A DNA stretch of 64,000 nt, taken from contig CM059438.1 of assembly GCA_030390025.1 (NCBI GenBank), forward strand, positions 60,266,001-60,330,000, in the 5' to 3' direction. Position numbers and translations under genes: made by a program. Shown piece by piece: positions 23,980-37,600 of the stretch (position 1 is its first letter; each line of letters begins with the position of its first letter). The notes below the pieces were generated by a model. That model was not told the origin of the DNA. It saw nothing but the letters and a program-made list of their open reading frames with translations, and made no database searches. The stretch comes from Squalus acanthias. Its lineage: Eukaryota.

Positions 23980-24560
23980 TGATGCGGTGGATGGAACAGG
24001 TCTGGGACACCAGCCTGGTGCAGGATGAATGCATCGTGGCTGCTGCCAGGATAGCGGGTATTGACGGCGAGGATGCGTTGTCTGTGGTCGCACACCAACT
24101 GCACGTTCAGTGAGTGGAAGCCTTTGCGGGTGCGGAAAACCTCTGCATTTCATGAGGTGCCTGCAATGCCACGTGCGTGCAGTCAATGGCACCCTGAACC
24201 CTGGGGAAGCGCGCTATCCTAGCAAAGCCACATGCACGCTCACGCTGTTTGTCCGGGTCATGGGGAATGAGATGTACTCCTCCTTTTGTACAGAGCATTT
24301 GTGACCTCCCGAATGCAGCAATGAACAGTGAACAGGGAGATGTTTGCAATATCTCCTGTTGAAGCCTGGAAGGAGCCGCTGGCGTAGAAATTGAGAGCCA
24401 CTGTCACCTTCACTGCCACCGACAGCGACGTCCTGGTCCTGAGCTGAGGCTGGAGCTCTGGCTGCAGGAGGTGGCAGAGCTCAGTGACCACCTCCTTGCT
24501 GAAGTGGAGCCTGCGCAAACACTGCTCCTCGGACAGATGGATATATGAGAAATGCTCCTA
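23980..24560 (-). mobile_element. Harbinger transposase fragment (duplicate of 14950-15535)
   Basis: Same peptide motifs as the block A copy. Confidence 0.85.
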
Positions 24561-24564
24561 TGTG

Positions 24565-25452
24565 CTGGGAATCAGTAGGCAGTGTAGTTGGGGGCGGCTG
24601 TTCGGGGCAATGCGTCTCTGCCCATATTTTGCTCTGCCATGTGCCTCGAAAATAAGCTCCCAGCCGAGGGGAATCAGTCCCTAGGAGTCCGCAAACTCAC
24701 TGATGGTGCACCAAAGGGTACCGTTACCACTCCTGGTACAAGCTGGCATCACTGGGCCAAACCCCATGATCCCAAATACCAGGCCATCCATCCCCATGGG
24801 CTAGAGCTGTCCCAATTCCTGATAGGTGTTCCTGCCATAAATAATTTACCTTTAAATGCTTTAAAGCGTCAACGTGAAACAGCAGGGTTGGGCTGTTGAT
24901 GGGGACAGTGGCTGGGAGGTACTGAGCGGCCAAAAGCGTCTGCAGATTAGTTGGTGAGGAAGATGGAGGGTGGGGCGGCACCTGATGGACTGTGAGGGGC
25001 CAAGGACAGTTTGGGTTCCATTCTGCTGGCTCCTCCTCCTGCTTGGCCCTATTGCAGTCCTGCTGGAACCCTGGAGCCGCTGGTCAGAATTCTGCACCAC
25101 TCCCAGATATCAGGACCCCAAATAGGTCCTCACAAACCTCAACACTCTATTCCCAGTGATTCCAGAGCCCCGGTGCTCATAGATGCCAGAACCTGCCCAA
25201 ATGTTCCTAGAATTTCCCTGTTCAATGTTCCCACTGCCCCATTTCTGTGCATATCTAATGCACACACAGATACCTGAATAACTCACTGCCCTATTACTGT
25301 ACACATCTAGTGCATACACAGATACCTTAATAACTCACTGCCCCATTACTCTACACATCTAGTGCACACACAGATACCTGAATAACTCACTGCCCCATTA
25401 CTCTACACATCTAGAGCGTCAGTATTCGCAAAATATTAATCCGTGCACCTCT
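24565..25452. repeat. Partial third copy of the duplicated unit, with a 52-bp array (25231-25413)
   Basis: Matches ~10680-11500; 25412-25452 matches 10598-10638. Confidence 0.85.
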
Positions 25453-28400
25453 CTTTTTTTTATTCATTTGTAGAATGTTGGCGTCGCTGGCAAGGCCAGC
25501 ATTTATTGCCCATCCCTTATTGCCCTTGAGAAGGTGGTGGTGAGCCGCCTTCTTGAACCGCTGCAGTCCGTGTGGTGAAGGTACTCCCACAGTGCTGTTA
25601 GGGAGGGAGTTCCAGGGATTTGACCCAGCGACGATGAAGGATCGGCGATATACTTCTAAGTCAGGATGGTGTGTGACTTGGAGGGGAACTTGGAGGTGGT
25701 GGTGTTCCCATGTGCCTGCTGCCCTTGTCCTTCTAGGTGGAAGAGGTTGCGGGTTTGTGAGGTGCCGCCAAAGAAGACTTGGTGAGTTGATGCAGTGCAT
25801 CTTGTAGATGGTACACACTGCAGCCACGGTACGCCGGTGGTGGAGGGAGTGAATGTTTAAGGTGGTGGATGGGGTGCCAATCAAGCGGGCTGCTTTGTCC
25901 TGGATGGTGTCAAGCTTCTTGAGTGTTGTTGGAGCTGCACTCATCCAGGCAAGTGGAGAATATTCCATCACACTCCTTACTTGTGCCTTGTAGATGGTAG
26001 AAAGGCTTTGGGGAGTCAGGAAATGAGACACTCGCCGCAGAATACCTGCATATTTATGTGGCTGGTCCAGTTAAGTTTCTGGTCAATGGTGACCCCCAGG
26101 ATGTTGATGGTGGGGGATTCGACGATGGTAATGCCGTTGAATGTCAGGGGCGGTGGTTAGACTCTCGCTGGTTGGAGATAGTCATTGCCTGTCACTTCTG
26201 TGGCGCGAATGTTACCTGCCACTTATCAGCCCAAGCCTGAACGTCGTCCAGGTCTTGCTGCATGCGGGCATGGACTGCTTCATTATCTGTGGAGTTGTCA
26301 ATGGCACTGAACACTGTGCAGTCATCAGCGAACATCCCCATTTCTGACCTTATGTTGGAGGGAAGGTCATTGATGAAGCAGCTGAAGATGGTTGGGCCTA
26401 GGACACTGCCCTGAGGAACTCCTGCAGCGATGTCCTAGAGCTGTGATGATTGACCTTCAATCACCACAACCATCTTCCTTTGTGCTAGGTATGACTCCAG
26501 CCAGTGGAGAGTTTCCCCCCCAATTCCCATTGACTTCAGTTTTAACTAGGGCTCCTTCATGTCACACTCGGTCAAATGCTGCCTTGATGTCAAGGGCAGT
26601 CACTCTCATCTCTCCTCTGGAATTCAGCTCCTTTGTCCATGTTTGGACCAAGGCTGTAATGAGGTCGGGAGCCAAGTGGTCCTAGCGGAACCCAAACTAA
26701 GCATCGGTGAGCAGGTGTCGCTTGATAGCACTGTCCATGACACTTTCCATCACTTTGCTGATGATTGAGAGTAGACTGATGGGGCGGTAATTGGCCGGAT
26801 CGGATTTGTCCTGCTTTTTGTGGTCAGGACATACCTGGGCAGTTTTCCACATTGTCGGATAGATGCCAGTGTTGTAGCTGTACTGGAACAGCTTGTCTGG
26901 AGGCACGGCTAGTTCTGGAGCACAAGTCTTCAGCACGATAGCCGGGATGTTGTCAGGGCCCATGACCTTTGCTGTATCCATTGCACTGAGCCGTTCTTGA
27001 TATCACATGGAGTGAATCGAATTGGCTGAAGACTGGCTTCTGTGATGGTGGGAACCTCAGGAGGAGGCCAATATGGATCATCCACTCGGCACTTCTAGCT
27101 AATGATGGTTGCAAACGCTTCAGCCTTGTCTTTTGCACTCACGTGCTGGGCTCCACCATTATTGAGGATGGGGATATTCATGGAGCCTCCTCCTCCCATT
27201 AGTTGTTTAATGGTCCACCACCTTTCACGACTGGATGTGGCAGGGCTGCAGAGCTTTGATCTGATCCATTGATTGTGGGATCGCTTAGCCCTATCTATAG
27301 CATGCTGCTTCTGAGCATGCATGTAGTCCAGTGTTGCAGCTTCCCCAGGTTGGCACCTCATTTTTAGGTACGCCTGGTGCTGCTCCTGGCATGCTCTTCT
27401 ACACTCCTCATTGAAGAGTTGGTCCCCTGGCTTGATGGTAATGGTAGAGTGAGGGATATGCCAGGCCATGAGGTTACAGATTGTGGTGGAATACAATTCT
27501 GCTGCTGCCCCACAGCGCCTCATGGATGCCCAGTGTTGAGCTGCTAGATCTGTTCTGAATCTATCCCAATTAGCACGGTGGTAGTGCCACACAACATGAT
27601 GGAGGGTATCCTCAGTGTGAAGACGGGACTTCGTCTCCACAATGACTGTGCGGTGGTCACTGCTACCAATATTGTCATGGACAGATGCATCTGCGACAGG
27701 TAGATTGGTGAGGATGAGGTCAAGTAGGTTTTTCCCCTCGTGTTGGTTCTCTCACTACCTGTCGCAGGCCTAGACTGGCAGTTATGTCCTTCAGGACTCG
27801 GCCAGTAGTGGTGCTACCGAGCCACTCTTGGTGATGGACATTGAAGTCCTGCACCTCGAGTACATTCGGTGCCTTTGCTGCTTCTTCCAAGTGGTGTTCA
27901 ACATGGAGGAGTACTGATTCGTCAGCTGAGGGAGGGCGGTAGGTGGTAATCAGCAGGAGGTTTCCTTGACTATGCTTGACCTGAAGCCATGAGACTTCAT
28001 GGAGTCCGGAGTCAATGTTGAGGACTCCCAGGGCACTCCTTCCCGACTGTATACCACTGTGCCGCCAACCCTGGTGGGTCTGTCCTGCCGGTGGGACAGG
28101 ACATACCCAGGGATGGTGATGGAGGAATTTGGGACATTGGCTGAAAGGTATGGTTTTGTGAGTATGACTATGTCAGGCTGTTGCTTGACTAGTCATGGGA
28201 CAGCTCTCCCAATTTTGGCACAAGTCCCCACATGTTGGTGAAGAGGACTTTGCAGGGTCGTCTGGGCTGGGTGTGCCATTGTCGTGTCCGTTGCCAAGGT
28301 CGATGCCGGGTGGTCCGTCCGGTTTCATTCTTTTTATTGTTTTTCGTAGCGGTTACTTACAACGGAGTGGCTTGCTGGGCCATTTCAGAGGGCAGTTAAG

Positions 28401-28680
28401 AGTCAACCACATTGCTGTGGGTCTGGAGTCACATATAGGCCAGACCGGGTAAGGACGGCAGATTTCCTTCCCTAAAGGATATTAGTGAACCACATGGGTT
28501 TTTACGACAATCCAATAGTTTCATGGTTACCATTACTGATAAGAGTAATTATTCCAGATTTATTTAATTAACTGAATTTAAATTCCCCAGCTGCCGTGGT
28601 GGGTTTTGAACTCACGTCTCTGGATCATTAGTCCAGGCCTCTGGATTACTAGCCCAGAGACATTACCACTACACTACCGT
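25453..28680 (-). mobile_element. Degenerate non-LTR retrotransposon (CR1/L2 group, APE + RT)
   Basis: GPDNIPAIVLKTCAPEL, NYRPISLLSIISKVME, YKAQVRSVMEYS; inserted at gcacctct|cttgggcc of the duplicated unit. Confidence 0.85.
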
Positions 28681-30530
28681 CTTGGGCCGGGGACAACTCA
28701 CCCCAGGCGCCTCAGCACTGGGAATCAGCAGGCAGTGTAGTTGGGGGCGGCTGTTCGGGGCAATGCGTCTCTGTCCATATTTTGCTCTGCCATGTGCCTC
28801 GAAAATAAGCTCCCAGCCGAGGGGAATCAGTCCCTAGGAGTCTGCAAACTCACTGATGGTGCACCAAAGGGCACCGTTACCACTCCTGGTACAAGCTGGC
28901 ATTACTGGGCCAAACCCCATGATCCCAGATAACAGGCTATCCATCCCCCATGGGCTAGAGCTGTCCCAATTCCTGATAGGTGTTCCTGCCAGAAATAATT
29001 TACCTTTAAATACTTTAAACGTCTATGTGAAACAGCAGGGTTGGGCTGTTGATGGGGACAATGGTTGGGAGGTACTGAGCGGCCAAATGCATTTGCAGAA
29101 TAGTTGGTGAGGAAGATGGAGGGTGGGGTGGCAGCTGATGGATTGTGAGGGGACAAGGACTATTCCCAGTGATTCCAGAGCCCCGGTGCTCATAGATGCC
29201 AGAACCTGCCCAAATGTTCCTAGAATTTCCCTGTTCAATGTTCCCACTGCCCCATTACTGTACACATCTAGTGCACACCCAGATACCTTAATAACTCACT
29301 GCCCCATTACTGTACACATCTAGTGCACACACAGGTACCTGAATAACTCACTGCCCCATTACTGTACACATCTAGTGCACACACAGATACCTTAACAATT
29401 CACTGCCCCATTTCTGTACACATGTAATGGACACACAGATACCTTAATAACTCACTGCCCCATTATTGTACACATCTAATGCACACACAGATACCTTAAT
29501 ATCTCACTGTCCATTACTGTACACATCTAATGCACACACTGATACCTTAATGTCTCACTGCCCCATTACTGTACACATCTAATGCACACACAGATAGATA
29601 CCTTAATAACTCACTGTCGATTACTGTACACATCTAATGCACACAGATATCTTAATAACTCACTGCCCCATTACTGTACACATCAAGTGCACACACAGAT
29701 ACCTTAATATCTCACTGTCCATTACTGGACACATCCAATGCACACACAGATACCTTAATAACTCACTGTCCAATACTGTACACATCTAATGCACAGATAC
29801 CTTAATGTCTCACTGCCCCATTACTGTACACATCTAGTACACACACAGAAACCTTAATAACTCACTGCCCCATTACTGTACACATCTAGTGCACAGACTG
29901 CCATGTGCTTTGTTCCTGTTATTCAAACAGCTTTCTGTAAAATTATGTTTTTTATTATCAGAATTTATCAGAAATGAACTAAGAATGGTTTCTTTATTTA
30001 ACAATGAACTCCTGTAGTTTATGAGGTGGTTTGACTAATGGGAGATTTGCATTTCTGTTAACTGTAACTGTGATTAACTATAAATCAGATTGACAGCTCG
30101 AGCACCTGCTTCCCAACAATGGACCAGCGTTTACTGGGAAAAGTGAGATTAGATTAATTAATGAGCAATTGTCACGCCATTTCCTCACAGTTGTGTGCAG
30201 TGAGTACGTGTCTGTACCTCACTGATCAGTGTGACCCATGGAATGGACTCAGGCCTCCTTGTATTGGGCTTGAATGTGGGATCTTTGCAATGTATTTCCA
30301 CAAGACAGAGTGGCCTATTTGAAGGGCCCCGCCTGGTGTTAAAGGGATGTAACAGCCTGAAAATGGTGTTGTGTCACTTCCCGCCCGGTTTCCGCTGGTG
30401 TTCCGGCCGCCACCCTGGCTAGCGTCCTGAGATGGGCAGACGGCCCATCTGTCTGTACGTGGTGAGAGGCCACTTTTAATTTGCTAATCGGGGTCCTGTG
30501 ACGTACACAGACCCCTGATTGCGATGATGT
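28681..30530. repeat. Fourth copy of the duplicated unit, with a 52-bp array (29243-29897)
   Basis: Matches ~10638-12969 minus the MITE, then continues into sequence shared only with 5115-5440. Confidence 0.9.
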
Positions 30531-31151
30531 GTCACAAACGGGCAAATCGGGGTCGCACTGGCTCCGCCCACTTGTACCGGCGTTGAGCGGCCGAACCAGC
30601 GGCCCTTAAAGGGGCGCTGAGAAAACGGCCAAAGCTTCTTTGTAATTTTTATTATCAAGTTTTCAACTAATTTGCAATTGAAGACAATAATGTAACAAGT
30701 GTTCTGTAAGGAATGATGTTAATGAGCATCGTTCAATGTCTTTTCATGTGAAACATCGATTGCAGACACTGCACCTCGATATTCTAGAGTAATATATGGA
30801 AACTCTGTTCTTCTTTGGACACTGATCCAGCTCACCAGAACACTGTCGCACAAGATGGTTCCGCCTGTGTTTTCGAAGTGAAAGGGGGTTATTTTGGCCA
30901 AAGGGTGAAAACAGGCGTGAAATAGGTGGTGTGCTAATCGGAAACGCCTGTTTGAAAGTCTGGATTTAGCACCCAATTTTCGGGCTAATGGATGATTATC
31001 ATGATTTGAATGGGCCTGCAGGCGCTAACCAGAAACCCGCAGGTTTAACACTCAAGTGCTGAATAGATGCAATTTTCCTGGAGCTGTATATGTCGCCTGC
31101 ACTCACCCACTTCCGCTGAAGGTGTGGAGTGCAATGGCTGGGAGTGGAAGG

Positions 31152-31850
31152 ATGTCGCAAGGAGCAAGAGAGAGGGCGCACAGCTTCTCCGATGTGGCAC
31201 TGGAAGTCCTGGTGGGGGAGGTAGAGAGGAGGAGCGATGTCCTCTACCCGCAGGGGGGAAGGAGGCCACAGAGGCAGCTAATGCAGCGCATGTGGGGAAA
31301 GATCGCCCGGGAGGTCACAGCCAGGAGCCCTGGCCCCAGGATAGGCTCCAGTGCTGCAAGAAGTTTAATGACTTGACACGAGTGGTCAAGGTAAGGTCCC
31401 ATCTCATAAGCACACTTCTCAATAACTGCACCACCACCACCAGCATCACAACCTCAACACACTTCATCTACCATCGAACTATACACTGACATTCACACCC
31501 ACCCCCCACTATTGCATCCGTCACAGGCACTACTCACACATCAGACACATCTCGCAGCTCTTCAACCATGTGAGGCATCACACACACACAAGCAGCCCAG
31601 GGCCGGGTTTTTCAATGTAAAGTTTCGCGTGAAACTGTGAATGGCCCGGTTGCTGCCAATACACTCATTCACAATCATCTCTTCCAGGAAATATGAGCAC
31701 ATAACAGGCGACAGCAGGACCTGACCAGGGGAGGGGAAGCACAAATTCAGGAGATCATTCCCCTTGAGGAGGCAGTGCTGGCCGTGATCGGGAGGGGAGT
31801 GGCAGACCCCGTGGCCAGAGGCAGAGCAGGGGCATCTCGCATAGAGGTAT
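31152..31850 (+). pseudogene. Harbinger-associated Myb/SANT-like DNA-binding ORF, degenerate and spliced
   Basis: RAHSFSDVALEVLVGEVERRSDVLYP..W.KIAREVTA..R...QCCKKFNDL with a frameshift; donor AAG|gtaagg at 31391. Confidence 0.75.
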
Positions 31851-32039
31851 GTGGCCACTGCAGCTTCCTTGCAGATGTTGAACTATTCCTTATCCATAAT
31901 CACCCAAAGCTATCCTCACTCCCAACCTCCCTATCACATCATACACATCCTCCTCTCGTGGCCACATGCGCTGCACGCTAACCCTTCCTGCATTATCATT
32001 GCAGGCTCCCTGGAGCAAGATGCACCTCACCCCATGGAG

Positions 32040-33700
32040 TAGGTTCAGCAAGAGCAACAGCAACAGTGGGGGGAGTAGGAGGGGTGATCAGAAGAGAGGT
32101 TGAAGAGACGGTAATGAGAAGCTTTTTAAAGGCGGAGGGAGATGTGGAGAGACGGAGAGGGTTAGAAAGGGAGTTCCAGGGATCTGTCACCAAAGGTGGG
32201 GTGAAGGGAGGGGGGGCGGGGATATACAAGAGGTCAGAGTCGGAGGGCTGAATGATATTGGTGGGGATGGAAGGCTGTCGGAGGTTGCAGAGACAGGGTG
32301 GGTGAAGCCAGCATGGATCTGAAGATCAGCACGAGGATTTGAAAATGAAACATTGGGGACAATGAGCAAATGTAGGCAAGGATGAGGTACGGAGCGAGCA
32401 GAACTCAAAGTGGGACAGCAGGCGGGCAGATGGGTTTTAATCAAGTTGGAGGATAGGAGACCGATGAGGGGGGCATTGGAATGATTGAGTCCTGAGGTAA
32501 CAGAGTCATGAATAAACTTTTTAGGGGTTGAAGAGAAGGTAAAGTTGTGGGGGTGGAAATAATCGGTCGTGCTGGTGGAAAGGATCTGGTATTCGAAGCT
32601 CAGTTGTGGGGCGGACAAGGTGCCAAGGTTCTGTGTGGCCTGGTTCAGTGCGAGTGTGGCTGGACATGGGGATGGAGTCAGTGGGAAGCAAGCGGAGTTG
32701 ATGACGAGGGATAAAAATCACGACTTCAGACTTCCCGATGTTTAGTTGGAGGAAGTCGTGACTGATCTGTGACTTGATGTCAGAGAGTTAATCTGACAGC
32801 ACAGAGGAGGTTGAGGGGTTGAGCCAGGTGATGGAGAGATGGCACTAGATGTCATCAACATACATGTGGAGACTGATCCTGTGTCTGCAGATGATTTCAC
32901 CAAAGGGCAGCTTGTAGATGAGGAAGAGGAAGGGGCCAAGGTTAGATCCTTGGGGGATTCCAGAGGTAGTGGCTCAGGGTTGTGAAGAGAAGCCATTGCT
33001 GGGGTTGTGCTGGGCAGATTCAGAGAGGTTGATGTTTAGCCATCCGAGGGTAGTCTCAAAGAGCTGGACAATGAAGGACAGGCGATGGAGGAGGATGGTG
33101 TGACCAACTGTATCAAACACTGTGGAGCAGCAGAGGACAAGAAAGGATTCTGCACCATAGTCACACACAACGTCATTTTGTGAATTTATACAGAGCTGTC
33201 TCAATGTTGTGGGGAGGGTGGAAAACATACTGGATAGATTCAGACAGACTGTATTGAGGGAGATGAGCATGGAGTTGGGAGGTGATAATGTATTGGACGA
33301 TCTAACAGAGGAAAGGGAGGTTAGAGATGGGGCACTTGTTGGAGAGCACCGATGGGGTCAAGCTTGGTTTTCTGAGGAGGGGCTGATGGTGGCAGTTTTG
33401 AAAGGGGAAACAATGTTTCCTAAGGAATAGGCGCTGTTAACAATGTCCACTAGCAAGGGGTCCAGGAGCAAACATTGAGTGGCCAAGAGTTGAGTGGTCA
33501 AGAGTGGAGTAGGGTTCTAGAGACGGGCATGGGAGAGATGGAGAGAAGCTGCAGAGTAATGGGGATCTGGGCTGTACAGGGTTGCAGAGTGTGGGGAAAG
33601 TCAGGAGCAAGAAGGAGAGAAAGGGGAGAATTGGCAGAGTCAGCTGTGGAGATGGTCTCAATCTTGAAGACAACGAGGTCCACAATCTCTTTGCACCTGG
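32040..33700 (-). mobile_element. Old L2 LINE fragment
   Basis: Degenerate FDTVGHTILLHRL, GIPQGSNLG and WNSL..LRLS motifs on the minus strand. Confidence 0.75.
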
Positions 33701-33834
33701 TGTTTGAAATAATCATAAACTTTGAATTATTTTCCCCACTGACTTCCCCTTTTGTCCTCACCAGCCCTGCTCCCTAGAATTTATCGATCTCATTGTGTGA
33801 CTCACATTGGGACTCTCTCGGATATGCAGCAATA

Positions 33835-34260
33835 AGAACATAAGAACATTAGAAATAGGATCAGGAGTAGGCCATTTGTCCCTCGAGCCTGCTCCGCCAT
33901 TCGATATGATCATGGTTGATCTGGTCTTGGCCTCAACTCCACTTTCCTGTCCATTCCCCATAACCCTTGACTCCCTTATCGTTCAAAAATCTGTCTATCT
34001 CCACCTTAAATATATTTAATAACCCAGCCACCACAGCTCTCTGGGGTAGAGAATTCCAAAGATTCACAACCCTCTGAGAGAAGAAATTCCTCCTCATCTC
34101 CGTTTTAAAGGGGTGACCCCTTATTCTGAAACTATGCCCCCAGTTCTAGATTCCCCCCAAGGGGAAACATCCTACCTGCATCTACCTTGTCAAGGCCCCT
34201 CAGAATCTTATACGTTTCAAGAAGATCACCTCTCATTCTTCTAAACTCCAATGAGTATAG
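33835..34260 (-). mobile_element. CR1 3' fragment
   Basis: CR1 3' UTR and C-terminal coding remnant. Confidence 0.75.
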
Positions 34261-34379
34261 GCAATCTTCATTTCTTTAACAGGTCTGGAAATAAAAAATG
34301 AAATAACAGTGAATGCTTTAAAGACAGGCGGTGACTCATTTGAGGTCTGACATTCTATCTGTCACGGCCGTTACCTGGA

Positions 34380-34500
34380 ATCAGATTATCAACCAGGTGA
34401 GCATTGTCCTGACAATGGACAAGGGGATTCTTGGAAAGTGAGATTGGGATCAATTCTGAGATGCGATGATAAGACGGTATATCAAGGACCGGAGGAGAGT
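34380..34500 (+). promoter_or_regulatory. Putative promoter of the peptide-precursor gene
   Basis: TATA-like TATAT at 34478, GATA site TGATAA at 34467, imperfect NF-kB-like GGGGATTCTT at 34423. Motif-level evidence only. Confidence 0.3.
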
Positions 34501-34533
34501 GCAGCTCATCACTCGACATCACAGCTCGGGAAA

Positions 34534-34603
34534 ATGAAGCCACTTTCTCTTCTAGTGCTGTTGGCCGCGTTGTGTGCGATCGCCCTCCATTCTGCTGGGG
34601 CCG
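34534..34603 (+). CDS. Precursor exon 1 (signal peptide)
   Basis: AAAATG start, hydrophobic core, A-G-A cleavage site, donor G|gtgagt. Confidence 0.85.
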
Positions 34604-37600
34604 GTGAGTGATTATAACACTAATCAACTGTTCAATTGGGGTCTGAGCTCAGATGAGCCAACTGGGATATGGTAGGGTTAGAGGGAGTGGGCACGGAATT
34701 ATGGGAAGAAGGGCTTGCCCAACAAGTTTACTGGAGGAATTCGAAGAAATGTTGAAGCTTGCTGGCCACAGAAATTGTGTGGGTGCCAGATATTCAGATT
34801 TCAGCAATGCGTTAGATACTGGGCCACAGTAAAGGGCTGAATTTAACTGTCAGTGTTGGTGTAAAACAGGAGATTGCGGATTGGTTAGACACCAGCCCCT
34901 TATACACTCTGCCCATTATACAGGTGCGACTGAACTCAGCTGTGTGGACTACATTAAACAGAGAGACAGGCCGTAATTTAGGAAATATTCTGCACTGAAA
35001 TTCCAGGATAAAATATAACATGTTCTATTTATTCCAGAAGAGGCACTGCGTGGGGACGATGATTCCCAGTCTGACGTGAATGAGGCACAGATGCGAGAGC
35101 TGGGTAAGTGTTAGTACTGTCAACATGTCCATGCATTTCTCTGCCTGCAGACCAGGTCCCACCCGCACCCCCCCCCACCCCCCGCCGCTCCCGGCTCTGC
35201 GCTGAGCGAGAGGATCTCAGGGACATCACAATCTGGGGCAGTGCCCTGGGTTAGAAAAGGGGAGATTGGCCACGAATGCCACTCTCGATCGCTGTGAACC
35301 TTCTCTGTTGAGGGTCAGTGTCTGAGGGCAGAATCCTGGGCTGGGACTCCCTCCTCAGTCACATAGCCTGCCAACACTTCCTGTCGAGGCTCCCGCAACC
35401 TCCAGGGTGACCATGGCCATGGAGCCTATCCCAGTGAATGGGTCAGCATCTTAATGAGTGGGCAGGAATGGAGAAACATTGGAGAGGAAAACACAAGGCC
35501 CACAGTCACCCTGAAATGACACTGATGGGGAACGAAAGGAGGGGAAACAGACTGAAGTGTGAGTGAGTCCAGGGGCAGCCTCTCCATCCACTGTGTGCAA
35601 TGGGCTGAGAAATGTAGGTTTCCAGGGTTTCTATTGTCAGGAACCTACTCTGACACACGGCCCGAGTAAAACAGGAATAAAAAGTAACTGAGGAGGAGCA
35701 GCACACATCTCTTCCCACTCTTTACCCTATTTCACAGAGTGTGATTTGGGATAGGTGGGATTGCTTCAGGAAGCAGTAGTCTATCTTGGAGTATCTGTTG
35801 TGGGGGTTTGAGTGGAAAGTGAATTAGTGAAAATAGAAAAGAGAAGGCTGAGGGGGGACCTAATAGAGATCTTTAACATTATTAAGAGGTTTGATAGTGT
35901 AGATGTGGAGACACTATCTCCACTTCTGGTGGACTCCAAACTAGGGTTTATGAATATAAGATAGTCACTAATAAATCCAATAGGGAATTCTGGAGGAACT
36001 CCTTTACCCAGAGAGTGGTGAGAATGTGGAACTCACGACCACAAGGAATAGTTGAGGTGAATAGCAGAGATGCATTTAAGGGGAAGCTAGATAAGTACCT
36101 GTGGGAGAAAGGAATAGAAGGAGATGCTGATAGAGTGAGATGAAGTAGGGTGGGAGGAGACTGGTGTGGAACATAAACACCGACACAGACCAGTTGGGCC
36201 GAATGGCCTGTTTCTGTGCTGTATATTGTGTAATTCTATGAGGAGACAGCAAACATCTCCAGTCAGCTGCTTTGAATATTGGAGTAATCGTGGAGATAAC
36301 TGATAATGTGAGGAGATAATCTATACTGGTAGCCGTGTTAAAATACAACACTTTGTATTCATTTCAGAAGAGGCGCTGCGTGAATTGGCTGATTCTGAGT
36401 CTGAGGTTCGCGACCCACAGAATCGAGACCTGGGTAAGTGTCAGGAACATTAACAAGTCAGTCTGTCGCTCCACAATAAAGGTCCTTTGCTGCTGAGACA
36501 CAGAGCAGGAAGTGATGCTTCAGGTGTACTGAGCCTTGGTCAGACCCCATCTGGAGCAGTCTGTTCTGTTCTGGGCACCGCACCTCAGGAAGAATATATT
36601 GACCTTGAAAGGGGTGCAGCGCAGATTCACCAGAATGATACCGGGCTTAGAGGGTTAAATAATGAGGACAGCTTGCATAAACTTGGCTTGTATTCCCTTG
36701 AGTTTAGATGATTGAGGGGTGATCTGATCGAGGTGTTTGAAATATTAAAATGATTTGAGAGGGTAGACACAGAAACTATTTCCTCTGATGGGGGAGTCAA
36801 GAACGAGGGAACACAATCTTAAAATTAGAACTCGGCCGTTCAGGAGTGAAATCAGGAAGCACTTTTTCACAGGACGGGTAGTGGAAATCTGGATCCTCTC
36901 CCACAAAAGGCTGTGGATGCTGGGGGTCAATTGGAGCTTTCAAGACTGAGATCGACAGCTGTTTGTTGGGTAAGGGTATCAAGGGATGTTGGGCTAAGGT
37001 GGGGAAATGGCGCTGAGGTACAGAGCAGCCATGATCTCATTGAATGGCGGAGGGGCTGAATGGCCCACTCCTGGTCCAGGTTTGATCCTTGGTCTGCGCA
37101 GAGTGAGCTGATCTCAGCCCGGTCAGAATAAGGAGGTTATCTGGGTCAGGAGGGAGTGGGTCCCATTAAAGGGGCCACACTGCTCGTATTCCCAGAGAGG
37201 CTGTGCTATTTTGTGTCAGTCTGTATAAACTGCAGAATAAAACATCAAGAAATGAGATTTGACAGGAATTTTATTGGGAATATATTTGCTGTTGGCACTG
37301 AAGCACTGAAGACTGTCATATACATTTGTCAACATGAAAGTCACCCAGTGCTCAGTGATAACTAGCAAACTTTACCAAACACAGAGGATCCTGAATACTA
37401 ACCAGCACCGTGTCTCATCCTGTTTCTTTAGAGTCAGCAAGCGGTGACCACATCCAGAAACGATTTTTCGGTAAACTAATTAAATCTGCATGGAAATTAG
37501 GCAGAAAAGTTATGAGTAAGTATTTCCTTTTAATGAATGACACAATACGATAATGAAAGGATTGATGGAGGGACTTGGTTAGAGTAGAGATCGACATCAG

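Larger units (their letters stand above)
15785..24565. repeat. Segmental duplication block B
   Basis: Paralog of block A with a near-full-length L2 and additional insertions. Confidence 0.9.
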
